From the NCBI GenBank assembly GCA_963704725.1, contig OY969934.1:2112001-2176000 (forward strand): a DNA stretch of 64,000 bases, in the 5' to 3' direction. Positions 60,855 through 64,000 of this stretch are shown one piece after another. Every line of letters begins with the position of its first letter. Within the stretch, counting starts at the first letter, position 1. Origin of the DNA: an uncultured Actinomycetes bacterium (GTDB lineage: Bacteria > Actinomycetota > UBA4738 > HRBIN12). The notes beneath the pieces are model-generated. The model was not told the DNA's origin, ran no database searches, and saw only the letters and a list, made by a program, of their open reading frames with translations. A program made the translations under genes and the position numbers.

Positions 60855-62155
60855 CGTCCGCCCCCGCCGGCGGCCCCCATCCCCGGGCTCACCCTCCGAC
60901 CGTCGACGTGGGCGGGATCGACGATCACGTGCGATAGGACGAGCTCGGACGCCCCGATGAGCCCGGCATCGGGGCCGAGACCGCTGCACACGATCGTCGC
61001 CATCTCGCCGGGAGCGTCGAGGGTCCGCCGCCGGGCTCCGTCCAGCACGGAGGGCTCGAGGAACAGGAACAGGCGCTGATAGAGCCCTCCCAGCACGACG
61101 AGATCGGGGTTGAAGAGGTTGATGAGGTTGCCGATGCCGAGTCCGAGCCACCGGCCCACCTCGGCGATCGCTCGCAGGACGGACTCGTCTCCGGCGCCGG
61201 CCCGCTCCGCCACCTCGTCGAGACGCCCGAACCCCTCACGCACCCCGACCCGACGCAGCAGCGCGGCCTCCCCGGCCTCCGTCTCCCAGCAGCCGACCGA
61301 CCCGCATCGACACTCCCGTCCGCCGGGATTGATGAGGACGTGCCCGGCCTCTCCGGCGTACCCGGCCGATCCGAGCAGGGGCTTGCCGTCCACGATCACA
61401 CCGGCGCCGATCCCGACCTCACCCGAGATGTACACGAGGTTGCCCACGGCGGGTCGGACGCGGCGGTGCTCGGCGAGGGCACCGAGATCTGCCTCGTTGG
61501 CGGCGAGGACGGGGACCCCGAGGTCGAGCTCGTCGGCGAGCATCGAGGCGAGCGGGATGTCGCGCCACCCCAGGTTCGGCGCGATGTGCACGAAGCCGTC
61601 GGACCTCCGCGTGACGCCCGCGACCGCGGCGCCGACGCCGACGAGCACGTGGGTCGCCGGGAGCGAGCCCAGGAGGGGGCCCGCCAGCTTGCCGATGTCC
61701 TGCACGGACTCCTCGGGAGAGAAGCGGTGCCGGGGCCTGGCCACTCGGATCCGGTTGTACACGTGACCGCCGAGCCCCACCGTCGCCACCGCGATCGAAT
61801 CCACCTCGACCTCGACGGCCAGGGCCACCGCCCCATCCGGCCTCGTCTGCACCATCGGCGAGGGCCGGCCCGGACCAGAGCCGGGCGACCCCGGACGTTC
61901 CTCGACCAGCCCGAGCGCGCCGAGCTCCCCCAGCAGGTCGGCCACGGTCGAGCGGTTGAGCCCGGTCATCCGGGTGAGCTCGGCGCGCGACAGCGAGCCC
62001 GTCAGGTGGAGCGGCTCGAGCACCGCCCCGAGGTTGTGCCGGCGAACCTCCTCGGCCGCCACGCCCAGTCGAAGGTCGCGGGCCCTGGCCGATTTCGTTG
62101 GAACCTCCGCGGAATCCACCATCGCTCCCACCCGATCGGATCGGCGAAGGGTCAT
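60851..62155 (-). CDS. ROK-family transcriptional repressor (XylR-like); start uncertain
   Basis: N-terminal HTH (SRAEL..TGL.RSTV), NEADLGALAE, GIGAG, GEAGH, CRCG..GCWE. Confidence 0.88.
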   Translation of the reverse strand: MTLRRSDRVGAMVDSAEVPTKSARARDLRLGVAAEEVRRHNLGAVLEPLHLTGSLSRAELTRMTGLNRSTVADLLGELGALGLVEERPGSPGSGPGRPSPMVQTRPDGAVALAVEVEVDSIAVATVGLGGHVYNRIRVARPRHRFSPEESVQDIGKLAGPLLGSLPATHVLVGVGAAVAGVTRRSDGFVHIAPNLGWRDIPLASMLADELDLGVPVLAANEADLGALAEHRRVRPAVGNLVYISGEVGIGAGVIVDGKPLLGSAGYAGEAGHVLINPGGRECRCGSVGCWETEAGEAALLRRVGVREGFGRLDEVAERAGAGDESVLRAIAEVGRWLGLGIGNLINLFNPDLVVLGGLYQRLFLFLEPSVLDGARRRTLDAPGEMATIVCSGLGPDAGLIGASELVLSHVIVDPAHVDGRRVSPGMGAAGGGGR

Positions 62156-62470
62156 CGTGCGGAGTCCCTCCCCCGAGGGGTCAGGGTATCCATTGGCTCC
62201 GGCGCACGCAAGACGCCCATCAAGCGATCGTGCCCCACCGGCGAGCAACTCCCGAGGAATTTGTTGCGCTTTCCTACTTTGCGTTGTCGCACGCGGTGTG
62301 AGATGCTCCGGCCGGTCTCCGAGCCGACCGATCCACCCAGCACGTATACGTCGACGGAGAGCTCGAACAGGCGGGGCCGATGGACCGCGGGGCAACCCAG
62401 GGCCTCGGTAGCCGCGAGGGGAAAGCGGTGATGCGGCCGACGGAGGCCGCCAACCGGAAGGGGGGAGCGA

Positions 62471-63580
62471 ATGGGCAAGCATCGCGTGTGGGCGCTCCTC
62501 GCCGTGTTTGCGTTGATCCTCGTCGCCTGTAGCGACGACAACGGCGGCGGGGGGACGACCGGCGGAGGGACGACCGGCGGAGGGACGACGAGCACCACCG
62601 GCGGCGGTGGCGACCTCGTCGTCGGCGTCTCGTGGAACAACTACAACGAAGAGCGCTGGGCCAAGTGGGACGAGCCGGCCATCAAGGAGGCGCTCGCAGC
62701 CGGCGGCGCGAGCTACATCTCGACCGACGCCGGATCCTCCGCCGAGCAACAGCTCGCGGACGTCGAGAACCTGATCTCGCAGGGCGCCAACGCGCTGATC
62801 ATCCTGGCCCAGGACGGTGAGGCCATCAAGCCGGCCGTCCAGAGCGCGCTCGAGCAGGGCATCCCGGTGGTCGCGTACGACCGCCTCATCGAGGACCCGG
62901 GAGCCCTGTACGTCACGTTCGACAACGTCGAGGTCGGGCGCCTGCAGGCGCAGGCCGTCCTCGAGCAGGTCCCGCAGGGCAACTACGTGTACATCAAGGG
63001 CAACTCCGCGGACGCGAACGCGGACTTCCTCCGCAGTGGCCAGCAGGAGGTTCTGCAGGCCGCGGAGGACGCGGGTGACATCGTGAACGTCGGCGAGACT
63101 TACACCGACAACTGGGACCCCGCACTCGCGCAGACCGAGATGGAGCAGTTCCTGACGGACAACAACAACGACGTGCAGGCGGTCGTCGCCGAGAACGACG
63201 GCATGGCCGGCGGCGTCGTCGCCGCGCTCGAGGCCCAGGGCCTGGCGGGCCAGGTGGCCGTGTCGGGACAGGACGGCGACCTCGCCGCCCTCAACCGGGT
63301 GGCTCTCGGCACCCAGACCGTGGACGTGTGGAAGGACGCCCGCGAGCTCGGAAAGGCCGCCGGAGAGGCCGCGGTGCAGCTCGCGCAGGGCACGGCACTG
63401 GCGGACGTCGCCGGCGTCGTGCAGTTCGACTCCCCAGGCGGGAACTCGATGACGTCGATCCTCCTGACGCCGATCGCGATCACGCCGGACAACCTGAACG
63501 TCGTCGTCGACGCGGGTTGGATCTCCACGGACGAGCTGTGCCAGGGCGTCGAGGCCGGCACGGTGGACGTCTGCAGCTGA
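62471..63580 (+). CDS. xylF: D-xylose ABC transporter substrate-binding lipoprotein
   Basis: Lipobox LVAC; EERW..D, AYDRLI, FDN..VG.LQA, D.NA, NW, ENDGMAGG, SGQDGD, VWKD. Confidence 0.88.
   Translation: MGKHRVWALLAVFALILVACSDDNGGGGTTGGGTTGGGTTSTTGGGGDLVVGVSWNNYNEERWAKWDEPAIKEALAAGGASYISTDAGSSAEQQLADVENLISQGANALIILAQDGEAIKPAVQSALEQGIPVVAYDRLIEDPGALYVTFDNVEVGRLQAQAVLEQVPQGNYVYIKGNSADANADFLRSGQQEVLQAAEDAGDIVNVGETYTDNWDPALAQTEMEQFLTDNNNDVQAVVAENDGMAGGVVAALEAQGLAGQVAVSGQDGDLAALNRVALGTQTVDVWKDARELGKAAGEAAVQLAQGTALADVAGVVQFDSPGGNSMTSILLTPIAITPDNLNVVVDAGWISTDELCQGVEAGTVDVCS
62546..62590 (+). repeat. 3 x 15-bp tandem repeat (GGGTT linker of XylF)
   Basis: GGCGGGGGGACGACC GGCGGAGGGACGACC GGCGGAGGGACGACG. 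Confidence 0.85.
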
Positions 63581-63604
63581 TCGATCGGGCCGGGAACGGC
63601 TCGT

Positions 63605-63651
63605 GACCGGAGGCCCGCGCCTCGCCGAGGGGCGAGGCGCGGGTGCCGGTC
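63605..63651 (+). terminator. Intergenic stem-loop after xylF (mRNA stabiliser or partial terminator)
   Basis: CCCGCGCCTCGCC-GAGG-GGCGAGGCGCGGG, extended by GACCGG/CCGGTC; no U-tract. Confidence 0.65.
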
Positions 63652-63672
63652 GTCGGCGTAGGATGCGAGGTC

Positions 63673-64000
63673 GTGGCTGACACCAGGGTCTCCACAACGG
63701 AGACGGCGCCCGAACCCCCGGCGCCGGAACAGGAAGAGCGCGAGCCGCGGTCATTCCGCTCGCTCCTTCGCTCCGCAGAGATCGACGCCCGGCTCGCCGG
63801 GATGCTGGTGGCGCTCGTCGTCATCTGGGTCCTCTTCCAGATCCTCACCCCCAAGCACAACTTCATCACCCCGAGGAACCTGTGGAACCTGTCGGTGCAG
63901 ACCTCCGTGGTGGCGATCATGGCGACGGGGATGGTCCTGATCATCGTCACCCGGAACATCGATCTGTCGGTCGGGTCGGCGATGGCGGCCGCGGGCATGG
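63673..64000 (+). CDS. xylH: Sugar (xylose) ABC transporter permease, 5' part
   Basis: GTG 63673 opens ...PRNLWNLSVQTSVVAIMATGMVLIIVTRNIDLSVGS, running off the window. Confidence 0.85.
   Translation, partial: MADTRVSTTETAPEPPAPEQEEREPRSFRSLLRSAEIDARLAGMLVALVVIWVLFQILTPKHNFITPRNLWNLSVQTSVVAIMATGMVLIIVTRNIDLSVGSAMAAAGM

Noticed and set aside
62258-62281. AT-rich stretch AATTTGTTGCGCTTTCCTACTTTG as a XylR operator
   Set aside because: The location is plausible, but only a half-site (TTTGTT) is visible and the palindrome is too weak to call

Overview
High-GC window from an actinobacterium (Actinomycetota; gene order matches the conserved thrS-hit-fusA2-pgsA-patA-pimA-pdxST-yebC-ruvCAB-yajC-secDF-apt-relA-hisS-aspS-rarA-alaS-ruvX-mltG-aroE block). 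Most genes are on the minus strand. Accessory parts are a glycosylation cassette (6.1-14 kb), an FtsX-type ABC transporter behind tRNA-Val(CAC), a STAS-CheB-CheR/PAS-anti-sigma signalling module (48.6-52.3 kb) and a xylose locus (54-64 kb). The xylose operon carries three unexplained genes: a CRTAC1/ASPIC-UnbV beta-propeller, an M24-fold protein missing two metal ligands, and a mutarotase-like protein. Other notable points are a SecD with an inserted array of Cys-paired repeats, a PgsA homologue that has lost its catalytic aspartates, an enzyme/pseudo-enzyme alpha/beta-hydrolase pair, a VapC relic, a LexA box on ruvC and a SigB/SigF-like promoter. Single-base frameshifts in hisS, aspS, relA and probably hit lie in G/C homopolymers and are most likely long-read assembly errors; the missing rarA stop may be another. 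All family assignments come from motif recognition by eye; no database search was run.
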